Assembly (NCBI RefSeq): GCF_004010195.1
Contig: NC_057718.1
Location: 12,739,949 to 12,803,948, forward strand
Direction of reading: 5' to 3'
Source: Chiloscyllium plagiosum
Lineage: Eukaryota
DNA: 64,000 nucleotides
Under the pieces are notes generated by a model. The model was not told where the DNA came from, made no database searches, and saw only the letters and a program-made list of their open reading frames with translations. Shown here in pieces: positions 62,207 through 64,000 of this stretch. Position 1 is the stretch's first letter. Each line of letters starts with the position of its first letter. The position numbers and the translations under genes are program-made.

Positions 62207-64000
62207 GTATATGAATTACTTTATCCACCTATTTGACCTAATAGTCTATTTGGACTACAGTGACTTTATCATTTACTTGGTCTTGGTCATTTTCAATGTC
62301 TTTCAGTGACTGTGCCATTATCAAGCATATAATTTCTATGCCAACCTTTTAATATTCCAATAACAGAAGAAAACCTTGTTCCGTCAAAACTGCAGTCAAA
62401 CCTGACCCCTGTTTATAAATGGTTATCTGTGACAAAACAAATAGTGCCATGTAACAAAGGACGATATGAATGAGTTTTTGATGCTGATAGCATGCTCAGT
62501 TATTTAAAATGAATTAATGTTTGTCTTTTAAATATTTGGCACAAGTACTGCTAACACCTTCTATTCTTCCAATAACTGGGAATTTGCTTCAAGGGTTCAC
62601 TTGCTCCCATTGAATTTAAAGTAATACGCTCATCTGGCCTTCCAACCTTCATATATCTGGACCCTTACCACAGCTCACTGAGGTAGACGGCATTTCTATA
62701 TGCTATTGTCTCCAAACTCCATGTTGAAAAACATGGTATATAGTTGCTTACTAGCAATGGTATAGTACATGACTGAGGATAGGTATTGACTAGTGAACAA
62801 ATTGAGTTCAGATCAGTTGTACAAGCTTTTGCAAATGAAAACAATCCATTTAACCTGCTTTATTTCTATGACTACCTCCTTAACATGTTTCAATACAGAC
62901 CATCTTCAAAGCAATATTCAATGGTTACTATGACTAGTCTTTGAAAGACTGTCTACACATTGGCAAAACTTTCACTAGAATGAGATAAGAAAATGAGAAT
63001 TTAAATGAGTTAGCAAAGCAAAGGGATTTGAGCACAGAGTTCAGAGATCACTAAAATAAACAGTGTGTGGAGTAAAAGATCTTTTCAAAAAAGCACAAGG
63101 AAGTACTAGGGTTTATTGCTCGAAGGTTAGAAATATAGGGATGTGATGCTAAGTTTCTATAGAACCTTGATTGCACCACACATGAACTACAGTTTCTAGT
63201 TCCAATTGCCAGATTATACAAGCATGGGAAAGGATTTATAATGACGATATCAGAACAACAAGGTTAAAACTATCAGGAGAGGGGGAGAAATGGACCGGTT
63301 CCTTTGATAGAGTAAACAGAGAGAAAATGTTTCTAATTGTGGGGTAGAACAAACAAGGAACCATCAATATAAGATAGTAAGCAACATCAACGTATGAAAG
63401 AGGGAGATGGTGATGTAGTGAGAATGTCATTGGACCAGTTATTTGGAGGCTCGGCTAATGCTCTGGGACCATTAGTTCAAATCTTACCACAGCATTTGGT
63501 GGAATTTAAATGCAATTAGGAAGTCTTGTAATAAAAAAGCTAGTCTTATGACAATGATTGTCAATTGTTGTAAACAAAAATTCTGGTTCACTACTATCCT
63601 TTTTTTAGGGAAGAAATCTGCTGTCCTTACCCAGTCTGAATACAGATTCATAGCTGTTTGGTTTTCTTACACTTGTTCTCAGTTCAAGAGTATTTAAGGT
63701 TGGGAAATACAGATTGGCCTTGCCAGCACCAAGAAATTCAGTAAGGAATTCTGGCAGACGTTCTTCACACAGTGAGTGATGAGAATCTACAACTTACAGG
63801 AGGTAATGGTGGCAGATTTCAGGAGAAGCGAAATAAGCAGACAAGAGAGAAAGGAATCTGTTGATGATGGAGTTAAATAAGGAAGACCTGAGTGGAACAT
63901 GAGTGCATTGGGTGGGCCATGTGACCTACTTGTGTTTGTAGACTCTCTTGAGGTTTCAGTACTGCAGTAGGATTCATTGCTCAGCACACTTTTTCACCTC

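Noticed and set aside
1..64000. CRISPR arrays, operons or other prokaryotic systems
   Set aside because: Spliced vertebrate genes and vertebrate repeats throughout; no repeat-spacer array seen

Overview
Vertebrate genomic DNA, almost certainly from a shark or other elasmobranch (inferred from HE1-type V-SINEs, CR1/HER1 LINEs and Deu-domain SINEs). It contains a head-to-head gene pair. DLL1 (Delta-like 1) is on the minus strand, with coding exons 1-4 at 1754-360, continuing off the left edge. FAM120B/SAN1, a FEN1/XPG-like PIN-fold 5' nuclease, is on the plus strand, with a probable CpG-island first exon at ~23170-23362 and coding exons at 48344-62206, continuing off the right edge. The ~9 kb around the DLL1 5' end is nearly transposon-free and holds an exact Ascl1/Brn composite motif (DeltaM-like) and a neurogenin-type E-box cluster (DeltaN-like). 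The rest is repeat-rich, with a 500-N gap at 39816-40315. The most striking non-genic signal is a multi-family set of Penelope-like retroelements (PLEs) whose 3' ends carry minimal hammerhead ribozyme motifs (CUGANGA-stem II-GAAA plus a palindromic loop-less stem III). They occur as three GIY-YIG-bearing remnants and about ten ~100-250 bp mini-insertions, several of them long palindromes, most with 11-18 bp target-site duplications, a ~33-36 nt tail, and breakpoints clustered at the 5' edge of the ribozyme core. Everything here was read by eye: repeat boundaries are approximate and comparisons with human or mouse come from recall, not from searches.
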